The position numbers were made by a program, and so were the translations under genes. 64,000 nucleotides of DNA. Origin: a candidate division FCPU426 bacterium (GTDB taxonomy: Bacteria > Oederibacteriota > Muellerivitia > Muellerivitales > Muellerivitaceae). The DNA lies in NCBI GenBank assembly GCA_963796105.1, contig CAWCKJ010000001.1:1-64000 (forward strand), in the 5' to 3' direction. The notes beneath the pieces are model-generated. The model had not been told where the DNA came from and made no database searches. It was given only the letters and a program-made list of their open reading frames with translations. Shown one piece after another: positions 38,889 through 48,950 of this stretch. Position 1 is the first letter of the stretch; each line of letters starts with the position of its first letter.

Positions 38889-39394
38889 GAACCATAGCCC
38901 CTTTGATTTTTTTCGTCACAAGTTCATATGCCTTCGCGGATGGGAACCCCTTTATGACCGTGCGGGACAGATACCAGTGGGCCATTGAACAAGTCATGCA
39001 ACACAAGGGCTCTCTTTATTCATCAAGTTCCAATACTGAAAATTCTCCCCAATCAGGGAAACATAAAAAAATAAACCAAGGCCCTGTCGCTACTCCCCAG
39101 CCCGTCTTCCAGACGCAAACCTTCAATTTTCAAACCGAAACCGACAAAGCCAAGATCAATGTGGCGATCACTAATTTTGGGACTTCTTTCATCATCGATG
39201 TGGTCAGCGACCAAGTAATCCAAGGGTGGTTATTAAAAGTTCAATCCGCCAGGGAAGTATTCCTGAAGGGAAGCGCCCCAAGTGACAACCCTTACAAATG
39301 CCGAATCCGGGTGGACCGCCCTTATATCAAGGACTTTGGGCTTACCGTTTATGTCACCCAGGACAGCGACCCGGCTTTTATTCAACTCTTTTAG
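38885..39394 (+). CDS. exported protein of unknown function
   Basis: Signal peptide (AFA-D); conserved in copy 2 (61102..61611). Confidence 0.75.
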   Translation: MRTIAPLIFFVTSSYAFADGNPFMTVRDRYQWAIEQVMQHKGSLYSSSSNTENSPQSGKHKKINQGPVATPQPVFQTQTFNFQTETDKAKINVAITNFGTSFIIDVVSDQVIQGWLLKVQSAREVFLKGSAPSDNPYKCRIRVDRPYIKDFGLTVYVTQDSDPAFIQLF

Positions 39395-39403
39395 GCGGAA
39401 TAG

Positions 39404-39853
39404 ATGGAAAACCAAAAACTGAAGTTAGAAAACCTAAAGTCATTTCACCCCTCGTTCTATCAATGCGTTCCGGTGTTTTTTATCCCATTCCCGTTGTTCC
39501 TCTTTGCCCTGTTGGGAGTCCGCCTTTATTACATCCTGATGTTTTTTTGGATCTTGGAATTGTCTTTCCTTTTTTACATCTGGGTTTTCCTCTCGACCAC
39601 CCTTTTCATCATCAGGCCCGACCGGATTGAGATTAAGACCGGGGTTTTCGTCAAACGGTCCCGGACGGTTCCTTTCGACCAAATCATCAACATTACCTGC
39701 AAACAAACCCTTGCACAAAAGCTTTTCCGAATCGGGGACATTTTCATAGATACACCCGGAGGGAAACCTTTTGAATTGGCCCTTGGGGGTATTGATAACC
39801 ATGAGGAAGTGGCGGAATTTCTCTTTGCCTTGAAGAAAAGAGGCAAAGCGTGA
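39404..39853 (+). CDS. membrane protein with bacterial PH (bPH_2/YdbS-like) domain
   Basis: Two TMs then IEIKTGVF...VPFDQI.NI...Q...QKLFRIGDI.I.TPG. Confidence 0.82.
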   Translation: MENQKLKLENLKSFHPSFYQCVPVFFIPFPLFLFALLGVRLYYILMFFWILELSFLFYIWVFLSTTLFIIRPDRIEIKTGVFVKRSRTVPFDQIINITCKQTLAQKLFRIGDIFIDTPGGKPFELALGGIDNHEEVAEFLFALKKRGKA

Positions 39854-40716
39854 ACCCTTTTCTTCCTGTGCTTTTGATTGTTTTTTTTGGGTGTCAATCG
39901 GTAATGGCCGACACCACTCCCAATGACCCTAAAACCGAAGAAGCGTTAAGGAATAACGTCATCGATTTTAGGGACTGGTTTATGAAACACCTTTCTCAAT
40001 TTCCAAAAGCCGATTCACATAGCACGGGGATGATGCCCCGAAATTACGCTTCTGTCCCAAAAAAGAACCCGACTTTCACTGCCAATCAGTACAACCAAGC
40101 GTCCAAATCCGATTGGGTGAAATGCCAAATAATGAATGGGCTTTCGACCTTGAGCCAGCAACTATCCAGTACGGCGGGAACGGCCTTTGCCCCCAATAGC
40201 GCGAATCAACTTCAACAAAACGCCGTCCAATTGCAACAAAGCAACGACCCTCAATTCCAACAAATAGGGGCGCTTTTTAGCCAACAAGCCCAAGCCTTGA
40301 AATCCGGGAATATCCAAGCCTCGGACCAGATAGCCAACCAAGTTTCAGCCATTCCACAACCCAACGTTCCCCCCGGATACCAACCGACTCAAGGCGAGAG
40401 CGCGATTGTCCAAGCCTTCAATCAGGTTATCGGAACCGTCTTGGCTGGTTTGGGTGGAGCCCTTGGTTCACTAGCCGTTGCGCAACTTTTACAGGCACTT
40501 GGAATCACCAACTTGGGTTCGCTTTTGGGCACGGGCCAATCAACAGGAAGCGCAATCGCGTTAGGGCAGAATCCGGGAGGGGCACTAAACACCGGGGGAG
40601 CCAACGTTGTTCAAACGGGAGGGGGAGCGTTGATGCAACAGTTGGGAAACGTCAATGTTAAACCGCTCCAACCACAAAATTCGGCTAACGCGGGTGGGCC
40701 GCCCCCAGCCCAATAA
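39850..40716 (+). CDS. exported Gln-rich protein with Gly-rich hydrophobic C-terminal half (possible VirB5/TrbJ analogue)
   Basis: Signal peptide, Q-rich helical centre, GLGGALGSL segment; conserved in copy 2; VirB5 role inferred from position only. Confidence 0.55.
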   Translation: MNPFLPVLLIVFFGCQSVMADTTPNDPKTEEALRNNVIDFRDWFMKHLSQFPKADSHSTGMMPRNYASVPKKNPTFTANQYNQASKSDWVKCQIMNGLSTLSQQLSSTAGTAFAPNSANQLQQNAVQLQQSNDPQFQQIGALFSQQAQALKSGNIQASDQIANQVSAIPQPNVPPGYQPTQGESAIVQAFNQVIGTVLAGLGGALGSLAVAQLLQALGITNLGSLLGTGQSTGSAIALGQNPGGALNTGGANVVQTGGGALMQQLGNVNVKPLQPQNSANAGGPPPAQ

Positions 40717-40739
40717 AAATAAAAAATCGGAGAAATTAA

Positions 40740-41102
40740 ATGAAAAAATCCAATTTTATGAATCATGTGAAACGGGCCGTGATGACGGCCTACCTTCTCA
40801 TTTTGGCAAGTAAGGCGCATTCGCAAGCGCTTACCAGTATGCCGGAGCTTTCACCCGTGAAACTGATGATTCTTTTTGTCCTTGATGCTTATGGGGTCTG
40901 GAAACTTTTGCAATGTATCAAAAATGTTTTGGATCACCTTGCCGATTCAAGCAAGGGGGACCCGACGGCGAAAGACCGGATTTGGGGAAGCGTTCTGGCT
41001 TTCATCGGGATTCTCATGGTGGGAGTCATGATAAATGTACTTCTTCTCAAGGCGGGGGAATTTGGGGCGAAGCCGGTTAGCTCAGTCCTGTCCGGGAATT
41101 GA
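40740..41102 (+). CDS. VirB2/TrbC-like pilin candidate
   Basis: 120 aa; long signal peptide ending AHS-Q, two hydrophobic helices around a charged loop; upstream of VirB6/B3/B4-like genes. Confidence 0.55.
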   Translation: MKKSNFMNHVKRAVMTAYLLILASKAHSQALTSMPELSPVKLMILFVLDAYGVWKLLQCIKNVLDHLADSSKGDPTAKDRIWGSVLAFIGILMVGVMINVLLLKAGEFGAKPVSSVLSGN

Positions 41103-41109
41103 TCCAACC

Positions 41110-43021
41110 ATGAAAAGAGTATTTCTTCTACCCTTGATTTGTCTTTGCCTTGGGGCATCCACCGTTAGGGGGGTTACCGTGTTATCGACCGATAGCGGCC
41201 CCTCCGAGCAAAGCATCAAGCAGGGTGTCAGCGACGGGATTTTTGACACCATGGCAAAACACGCCGGGGATTGGGTCGCTAATGGGATGGACAAAATCGG
41301 AAATTGGGCCTTGAAAACTTTATTCGGGATTTACGACAAATATATTGGAACCTTCCTGATTAAGATCCCCGATTTAGCTTCTCCCCAGACTTATACGGCT
41401 TTAGCCAACGGTTCACTAAACACTTCCGCTAACGCCGTCCAAGTTGTTTTAAACATTTTAAAAATCACCAGTGGGACAGGACTCTTCATCCTGATTGTTG
41501 GTTTTGTCATCGATACCGGCCAGAGGTCATCCGGCTTGTGGGATAGGTTTATAGATGGATCAGTCGTGATCGGATTTGTAGCGGCATTCCTTTTTCTTTT
41601 CGCTTGGCCGACAGTCAATTCCTACCTGACCAACGGCGTAACGGCAATGGGCTATTACATCTACAACCAGAACACTTTGAGGACTTCCGGGGTTTTGGAA
41701 GGAATCCAGAATATCGACCTTAATTCGGGGGGTGTAGCGAACTCCGTCCAATTGGCCCAATTTGACTTCCGGGGAAATTTCATCACCATCCAGGGAATCG
41801 TTTGGAACCTTATTTACCTTATTTCCATTTCCCTGGTCGTCCTGGGTTTCTACAACTGTTATTCGGCGGTGTCCGCGGGTGATTCCCAAAAAGGGAATTA
41901 TAAATTCTTCCAGGCCGTCGCGGGGATGATCCTGATTCTCGGTGTCCCGACGATCATCCACGTTTTCATCGCCAAGGGAGCCGATGCTATTGGGAGTCAA
42001 CAGGCCATTCCGGGCCAGACGCTAACCCCTTTTTCCTTGCGAGGACTGGTCCAGGATAACGGCGTTCAATATCCCCAGCAACAAGGGCAAGCCCCGCCCA
42101 ACATAGGAACTGCGGGGAACAGTACACAGGGTCCAGCCCAAAGCCGTATAGCTAAATTTTCCGCAGGTTTACTCAAGTGCGGGGTTTCGATTTGGGGACT
42201 CATCGTCTGTTTTTCCGTGATCTTCGCGAAGTTTTTTCAGGTTTTGAATATTTGGGTCATGTTCGTCCTTGGCCCCATTTTCATCGGGTGCCTTGGACAC
42301 CCCGCAACCTCTTCCATCTTTTGGGGCGCGGCCCGTTACTTCATAAAACTTATTCTTTATTCCGTGATTTGGGCCATCACCCTTAGTCGGCCTTTATTTG
42401 ATACCCAACATCAATTGGGGGGTGGAAACCATTGGGGTGAACAGTCTGTTGACGGCTATTGCGGTTCTGGCCGGCCTTCAAATGATCGCCAATGTCCAGG
42501 AGTTCGCTTCCTTATTCACTACCTTTTCGGGTGCAAACCTAAAAGGTGAAGGTTACAAGGAATCCTACCGTGATACCAAAGCAGCCTTTGGGTCCGCCAA
42601 TTCGATGCGTCTTGGAACTTTTGGAGCCCTGCAAGGTGCAACCGGTGAGACCAGTCAAGGAATGGCCGCCGCCACCGGTGCGGCGGTTGGTTCCATCATT
42701 CCGGGTGTCGGAACGGCGAGTGGAGCCTTGGCAGGACAAAAGACGATGAAGGGATTTAATGCCCTAGCCAAATTGGGGTCTATGGGTGGAAGAGGAAAAA
42801 ATGAAGAGGAATCGAAAAATCCGATTTCAAAAGCCATTCAAAATTTCTCAGGCAATGTGATCTCCAAGAATCTTAAAAAAGAAGACCAGCAAGGCAAAAC
42901 TTACACCTCGAATGAAATAAAAAAACGCCAACTCGTCAGCGAATACGCGAAAAAACTTCAAGGCAAGAAACCAAACGCAAAGCCGGGGGACCAGGGACCA
43001 AAAGGGAATAGGAACGTTTAA
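41110..43021 (+). pseudogene. VirB6/TrbL-like polytopic membrane protein, frameshifted near 42380
   Basis: Multiple TMs incl. FVLGPIFIGCL..P.T...FW; removing 1 nt joins ...WAIT to (L)VGLYLIPNINWG...; Gly/Ala-rich then basic tail; ATG 41110 matches copy-2 start 63305. Confidence 0.62.
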
Positions 43022-43312
43022 ATGGCGATACCGTTAGAAAAAGAATCCAAGATGTGGGGTCTCTTTTATACATCGGATTTTAACAAGTTGATGTTCGCCA
43101 CTATTGGGGACGCCTTTGCCTTCATGGCGTTTTTCATCCTCTGGGGCCTTGAAGGTGCCCTCGTTCTTTTCTTCGCGACTATGACCCTTGTGACCACTTA
43201 CTTCGTCATGAAGAGTTTTTGGCCTGAAAAATACTTTGAAAACATCGTCCGTTACCACAACGAACCTAAACATTATTTTCCCGGCGGGGAACCAAGTGAG
43301 TTTGAACTATGA
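43022..43312 (+). CDS. VirB3/PrgI-like small membrane protein
   Basis: 96 aa, E.KMWGL motif, two TMs, PKHY tail, overlaps the VirB4-like start. Confidence 0.6.
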   Translation: MAIPLEKESKMWGLFYTSDFNKLMFATIGDAFAFMAFFILWGLEGALVLFFATMTLVTTYFVMKSFWPEKYFENIVRYHNEPKHYFPGGEPSEFEL

Positions 43313-45876
43313 GAAACATTTTTAAATCAAAAAAGAAGCCGGTTTCAGTAGCGGGGTTACTCAGGATAAAGGCGGTAGGACCGGGTTACATCGTTTTAAG
43401 GAACCCGGAGCAATACGTTTCAATATTCAGGATTGCGGGAGGGTTGAATCCTTGGATGGAAGATCCGGATGTATTAGGGGAGAAAATCCGAAAGCTTGAT
43501 TCAATCCTAACGGATTTGAGAAGAGGTGAGGAAGTCCAATTCTTGACTAAAAGGATCAAGGCCGATCCTGAAGGCACTATTGAAAAATTCGATGAACGGA
43601 TTCACGACAATGCCCCGGAGGTTTTCAGGAACCAGTACCCGGAGTATTTAAGGAATTGGCTTAGGCAGTTCTACGCGCAAGAGAAGATATGTCACTACCG
43701 CTCATTCGTTCTATTTACTATTCCACCCCCTCGCTCTTCAAAACCCACCAAGGATTTCTTGAAGATCGAGGAGGTTCTTCGAAGGGGAAAATCCTGGGCG
43801 TCCCAACTCAATATGGTTGGAATGGATGTCCAGGAACCAACGGAAGAGGAGATTTACACCCTTCTTTATGAGGAGTTGTCCCAACAAAGATTTTATGGAA
43901 ACCCTGAAAGATTCAAGAACGCGGTGGGCTCCTCCGGTGGGGACTATGGGTTACAAACCCTAAGGGAGATGTTGACCACCTATCCTTGGGATTTTAGGGA
44001 GCCTAACTTCTTCAAAGTGGGGGATGTGTTTGGCAAAACCCTCTATGTGACCGAATTTCCATCGTTCAACGAGCAGAACCTTTTCTTTCAGGAGCTATAC
44101 GAGCTGACGGATGATTTCAAAATCTCTTTTTTCGTTAAGGGCGTGGATCTCTTTCGGGCTCAATCCATTGTTGAAAAGCAAATTCAAGGGGACCAGGGAG
44201 CCCTTTGGAAAAGAAAGAACGTCATGAATTTCGAGGCGAAAGCTTCGTTGGATTATCGCCAAAGCGTCCTTGAGCTTGTATCGGAAAGAAAGACTTCCCT
44301 AGCCAAATTTTCCCTCTACGTGACCCTCTTTTCCGACGAACAAAAAAAACTCATGACAAGTTTTGAGAGCTTGACCCGGATGTTCAAAAACGTTCACCCC
44401 TTATCAGGTTATGCCGAACAGAAGAGACTCTTTCTCTCGACCATTCCCCAGGCAACCGATGTAGCTTGCCACGAGCATCTTCAAGCCACTGCGGTCATCG
44501 CAAACGCGATTCCCTGTCTTTATGACCCCATTGCCGATACGGATGGAGTCCCGCTTGGCAAAACTCTTTCCGGTGAAATGGTTCAACTGAATTTATGGGG
44601 AAGGGAAACCGAAAACTGGAACGTTCTGGTGGTCGGCTCTTCCGGCACGGGAAAATCCTTCACCATCAACCAGCTTCTTATCAAAAATCTTGCGATGAAC
44701 CCCTATGTCATGATTATCGACAAATCCCAATCCTATAAAACCCTGTGTCGATTAGCCGGTGGGCGCTACCTGAATTACGACCTGGATAGTTCCCATCACT
44801 TGAATATCTTCGACTATCCAATCGATGAGATTAAGGAATTGGACGGGGAGATTGACCCGGATCATATCGCCAACATCATCATGTATTTGGGAGTAGTCCT
44901 TGCGAACATTAAAGATAACCGCATAGAGGAAGCCGAGGAGTTGGACAAAGCCCTTCTCCAAGAGGCGGTCAAACAGACCTATCGGAACAGCATTGGCGAG
45001 AAAAGGGTTCCTCTCTTGACCGATCTCAAGGAAACACTCTTAAAGATGGCCGATGACAAGAAAGTACCCGCCCAATTCCAATACATTTGCAGGAAACAAT
45101 CGGAAGTTTTGAAGTTATATACCGGCAAGGGGATGTACGCCAACCTGACCGACCGGGAATCGACCGTCAACGCGGACAACTCTTTTATTGTTTTCGATAC
45201 ATCGGGAATAAGTGATAACGACAAAAAAGCCGTAGGCTTGGCCGTCTTTGTGATCTCCAATTACTGCCTCAATAAGGCAAAGCAGAACAAGGAATTGAAC
45301 CGCCTATCCCAATTGGCAATGGATGAATGTTGGTATTTGGCCCAATATCCCGCAGGCCTAGCCTTCTTATTAAGAATCGCAAAGACCGCCCGGCATTTGA
45401 GGCTCCAACCCATCTTCGCCACCCAAGAGATAGGAGAGTTTTTCGGGGTGAAAGGTGTAGAAGCAATCCTCAAGAACACTTCCACAAAAATACTCCTAAA
45501 GCTGGTCGGGGACGACATTGACCACGCGAAGGGGCTCCTTCAATTAAATCCAACCCAAGTCGAGAGGGTAATGAATCTCCATTTGGTAAAAGGCGTTTAT
45601 TCACAAGCCCTGATCCACCAAACCCTTAGGCAGGGAATCGTGAACATTTTCCCCGATGAATTGGCCTATCACATTGCCACGACTTACGGCCCCGAGGCGG
45701 CAGTCCGCGACCATTACCTTGAAACCTATTCAAGCGAGGATGACCCTTTGACGACTCTTGGAGCTATCAGCAAATGGATTGAGGACAAGGAAAATAATTG
45801 TGTCCTGAAACCAACAATCAAGGATCAAGACAGATTGCCAATAGTTAAAAAGATCGAAGAGGTATTGATGAAATGA
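43309..45876 (+). CDS. virB4: VirB4-family type IV secretion ATPase
   Basis: 855 aa; Walker A GSSGTGKS, IIDK..SY..L....GG, Walker B MDECW, K.ARH, ATQ motifs. Confidence 0.88.
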   Translation: MRNIFKSKKKPVSVAGLLRIKAVGPGYIVLRNPEQYVSIFRIAGGLNPWMEDPDVLGEKIRKLDSILTDLRRGEEVQFLTKRIKADPEGTIEKFDERIHDNAPEVFRNQYPEYLRNWLRQFYAQEKICHYRSFVLFTIPPPRSSKPTKDFLKIEEVLRRGKSWASQLNMVGMDVQEPTEEEIYTLLYEELSQQRFYGNPERFKNAVGSSGGDYGLQTLREMLTTYPWDFREPNFFKVGDVFGKTLYVTEFPSFNEQNLFFQELYELTDDFKISFFVKGVDLFRAQSIVEKQIQGDQGALWKRKNVMNFEAKASLDYRQSVLELVSERKTSLAKFSLYVTLFSDEQKKLMTSFESLTRMFKNVHPLSGYAEQKRLFLSTIPQATDVACHEHLQATAVIANAIPCLYDPIADTDGVPLGKTLSGEMVQLNLWGRETENWNVLVVGSSGTGKSFTINQLLIKNLAMNPYVMIIDKSQSYKTLCRLAGGRYLNYDLDSSHHLNIFDYPIDEIKELDGEIDPDHIANIIMYLGVVLANIKDNRIEEAEELDKALLQEAVKQTYRNSIGEKRVPLLTDLKETLLKMADDKKVPAQFQYICRKQSEVLKLYTGKGMYANLTDRESTVNADNSFIVFDTSGISDNDKKAVGLAVFVISNYCLNKAKQNKELNRLSQLAMDECWYLAQYPAGLAFLLRIAKTARHLRLQPIFATQEIGEFFGVKGVEAILKNTSTKILLKLVGDDIDHAKGLLQLNPTQVERVMNLHLVKGVYSQALIHQTLRQGIVNIFPDELAYHIATTYGPEAAVRDHYLETYSSEDDPLTTLGAISKWIEDKENNCVLKPTIKDQDRLPIVKKIEEVLMK

Positions 45877-46472
45877 GTGCACCAAACGAAAAAGATGATT
45901 TGAAATTTCTGGAAAAGTTGGATGAGGAGCCGAAAAGGTCGGGGTATACCACAACCATTCTCATCGCCATTTCGTTTGTGGCCCTTGGAATCGCAACGAC
46001 TCTTTTTTGGGGGCGGTCGAAGATTTTCAATTCTCCCCAAACAAAAGTATCCGATACGAAAGGCCAACTAGCGGTACAGCAGGAATCCCAAAATACCGAA
46101 ATTATCAACTTCGCAGAAAAATTCACGATCATGGTTTTTAACGTGAGCTATACGGATATCAACCACCAGGAAGGCAAGGTTGCGAACCTCATGAGCGACA
46201 ACATGATGTCCTACTACCAGGATGCTTTCCTGGACCCAAAGTGGATTGCTTTCTTAACAGATAACAAAGCCTATGTCACATACCAGGGCATCGAGAGATC
46301 AACGGTTGAAAACACTGATGGAACCCATTATTGGGTTCGTGTCATCGGCAAATGCCTCTACAACTCCGATGCCAAAGGCCCAAACTCCCAGATTGAATTG
46401 CCGTTCCACTTGGTAGTGGTCGTCAAGAACGACAACGGAAAACTCATCGTTACTGATTTTCAGAGGTTATAG
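45873..46472 (+). CDS. bitopic membrane protein, VirB8/TcpC-like NTF2-fold candidate
   Basis: Single TM, then FAEKF...FN.SY helix and beta-rich C-terminus; directly after virB4. Confidence 0.55.
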   Translation: MSAPNEKDDLKFLEKLDEEPKRSGYTTTILIAISFVALGIATTLFWGRSKIFNSPQTKVSDTKGQLAVQQESQNTEIINFAEKFTIMVFNVSYTDINHQEGKVANLMSDNMMSYYQDAFLDPKWIAFLTDNKAYVTYQGIERSTVENTDGTHYWVRVIGKCLYNSDAKGPNSQIELPFHLVVVVKNDNGKLIVTDFQRL

Positions 46473-46474
46473 CC

Positions 46475-46828
46475 ATGGAAGAACTTGTTTTGCGGATCAA
46501 CCCCCAGCTAGCCAGGCGCTATATGCAAGCGGCAAATTTTTACATTGAAACCAATCGTTATCTTGTGACTTTAAAGCTTTTTGAAGAAGTAGTAGGGAAA
46601 TACGAAAAGAAAAACAACATAGGGAATTCCGAAGTTACCTGGATTTATGCCAAGTTCAGAAAACCCAATGGCCTATTAAAAACGATAAACCGTCTCAACG
46701 ATTTCTTCCCTGCGTTTACAAAAAGAATTGCCTTTATCGCGAGAGCTCAATTTCTCTTGGGAATATATGTTTTTTCAGTAAAAGACGAACATGGAAAATT
46801 GATAATCACGGATTACAAAAGGCTTTAA
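46475..46828 (+). CDS. chimeric ORF from a local tandem duplication
   Basis: N-part resembles the start of 46832..48304; last 16 aa resemble the end of 45873..46472. Confidence 0.65.
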   Translation: MEELVLRINPQLARRYMQAANFYIETNRYLVTLKLFEEVVGKYEKKNNIGNSEVTWIYAKFRKPNGLLKTINRLNDFFPAFTKRIAFIARAQFLLGIYVFSVKDEHGKLIITDYKRL

Positions 46829-46831
46829 TCG

Positions 46832-48304
46832 ATGGAAGAAAACGTTTTGCAGATAAACCCGGAATTAGCCCGAAGGTGCCTTCAATCGGCCCATCTATAT
46901 ATGGAAACAAACCGTTACCGGGAAGCCTTGAAGCTTTTTGATGATGTTATTGGCAGGCATCAACCCCAAAACGTTGAGGCTCACCTTGAATCGGCGAAGA
47001 TTTACGCCAAATTCAAGAAACCTAACTCCATTTTAAAGGTAATCACCCGCCTCCATAATTTCGCTGAAAAGACTCCCGAAAGCCTTGTCTTGCTTGCCAG
47101 AGCCCAATTTCTCCTTGAGCTTTATAGCGATTGCGAAGAAACGTTAAAAGAAATCTTTTCCAAGACAAGGGACTTTCCCGAAGCTGTCGCCTTGGAAGGG
47201 GAATTGTTTGTCCACACCGGGAGATATGAATCCGCAATTGAAAAATTTGAAAGTCTTAGCATTAGGTATCCAAAAAATTACAACTACCTGGCTCTTTTGG
47301 CCCTTGCCCAATATGTAGGGGGACGATACCACCGGACGATCACCAATTGCACAACGATCATGAAAACCGGGTTTGCTGATCCTAAAGTCACGAAATTGTA
47401 CGAAATGGCGAGGAAAAAGAAGCGCCGGGAAGCTTTGGGAAAGTTGAAAAAGGTGAAGCCCCTCAAATGGCTTTTTGCCCACCTATTTGACCCGTTCCTT
47501 GAAAGCGAAATGAGGGCTGAATCGCAAAGCCAAACAACCCAGGAGGATCTTGTCCAGGAAACGTTGGTGGATCACAGGACGGGCCTTTTCAATGATCGGG
47601 CGGCTACTCAACAAATACCAGCGCTTGCGGCCCGTAGGAAGGCCCAGTTTTTCTTGACCATGGCCGATATCGACTTTTTCAAATCATTTAACGACGTCCA
47701 TTACAACCATCAAGTCGGCAACGCTGTTTTAAAAGCCCTTGCGAAAGCGGGACAGAAAATCTTCTCAAAAAACAATATTTGGCGGTATGGGGGAGAAGAA
47801 ATTGTTTGGGCCGTGGATAGTTCTGAAGACCAAGTGATCGAAAAAGCCGAACAATTCAGGAAATATTGCGAAGAAAGCGTGGTCGAAGAAGCCAATGAGA
47901 TTATCAAGAAAGAGGGAATTAAGCATTTTGCGGACGGATTGGACCATAAAAAAGACGAAACCTTCTATATCTACTACCCGGTAACCATCAGCCAAGCCAT
48001 TGTTCAATGGGGCGAAGATGGGACAAACCTGGAAAGCGTCCTTACGGCGGCGGATAAGGGCCTCTATACCGCAAAGGAAAGCGGTCGTAATGCCGTTGTC
48101 TACAGGGGCACTCTCAAGAGTAGAGGGAAGCGGCCCATTAAATACACGCCTGAAATGCTCGGAATTCTTCACGACCAGTCCGTTAAAAAAGGTTCGCCCC
48201 ATTGGTGGGCTCAAATGAAAGGCCTTTCCGATAAGTCACAGGAAGAGGCCCTTGAGTACGCGAGGAATACCTTGAGCAATAAGGAGGTGCCAACGAAAAA
48301 ATAG
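46832..48304 (+). CDS. TPR-repeat plus GGDEF-domain protein
   Basis: TPR-like helices, D..TGLFN, DIDFFKSFND, RYGGEEI, VTIS, AD..LY.AKESGRN. Confidence 0.88.
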   Translation: MEENVLQINPELARRCLQSAHLYMETNRYREALKLFDDVIGRHQPQNVEAHLESAKIYAKFKKPNSILKVITRLHNFAEKTPESLVLLARAQFLLELYSDCEETLKEIFSKTRDFPEAVALEGELFVHTGRYESAIEKFESLSIRYPKNYNYLALLALAQYVGGRYHRTITNCTTIMKTGFADPKVTKLYEMARKKKRREALGKLKKVKPLKWLFAHLFDPFLESEMRAESQSQTTQEDLVQETLVDHRTGLFNDRAATQQIPALAARRKAQFFLTMADIDFFKSFNDVHYNHQVGNAVLKALAKAGQKIFSKNNIWRYGGEEIVWAVDSSEDQVIEKAEQFRKYCEESVVEEANEIIKKEGIKHFADGLDHKKDETFYIYYPVTISQAIVQWGEDGTNLESVLTAADKGLYTAKESGRNAVVYRGTLKSRGKRPIKYTPEMLGILHDQSVKKGSPHWWAQMKGLSDKSQEEALEYARNTLSNKEVPTKK

Positions 48305-48342
48305 TTCGTGCCGCAGGTCAAAACAATAAAAGGAGAAAGAAA

Positions 48343-48645
48343 ATGGGCTTAAAAGTCAGGATTACCAGGATGTTTCCGTATGACGGGGAACACACGAAGG
48401 CTTTTGTGGGAGCTAAGGTGCAAATATCAGGTCGAGTCTTTGGTTACAACGAATTGACCCTTGTAAAAAAGAAGGAAGGCAATGGGTTGTTTCTGGGTCT
48501 TCCCTCAAGACCGGGAAGACAGGAGGGGGAATATCACGATATTTGTTATATGGACCCGAATACCCGGAAGGAGATTGAAAAAGTCGCCATTGCTGAATAC
48601 GAGAAGAAGTTAAAGGAAAACAAGCCGCCGGAAGTCCAGGATTAA
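48343..48645 (+). CDS. SpoVG-like nucleic-acid-binding protein
   Basis: KAF, GLFLGLPSR....GEYHDIC, R.EI...AI.EY; RBS AAGGAG. Confidence 0.75.
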   Translation: MGLKVRITRMFPYDGEHTKAFVGAKVQISGRVFGYNELTLVKKKEGNGLFLGLPSRPGRQEGEYHDICYMDPNTRKEIEKVAIAEYEKKLKENKPPEVQD

Positions 48646-48675
48646 GTGATGGTGATCCTTGGTTGGAGAAATTTA

Positions 48676-48950
48676 TGAGCGAGCGTAGGAAAAACGACCG
48701 ACGGAATAAGAACCAAGATTACCTTATGACGGACGGCCAGATTGCTAATTTGGCGGGAGTGTCGATCCATACCGTCAAATATTGGCGGATGGTCGGAACC
48801 CTGCCATATGTAAAAGTCGGTCGTCATCCAAGGATTTGGTTTTCTGTCTTTCAAAAAGCTTTTCATAAACCTGATGCAAATGGCCCTTGGGAATTGACGG
48901 AAAAGTTTGGTAAAATACCTCCAACAGGGGACATTAGGAGGAAGCGATGA
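48676..48950 (+). CDS. excisionase-like HTH protein
   Basis: LMT...IANLAGVSIHTVKYW...G.LPYVKVGR; overlaps integrase start. Confidence 0.78.
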
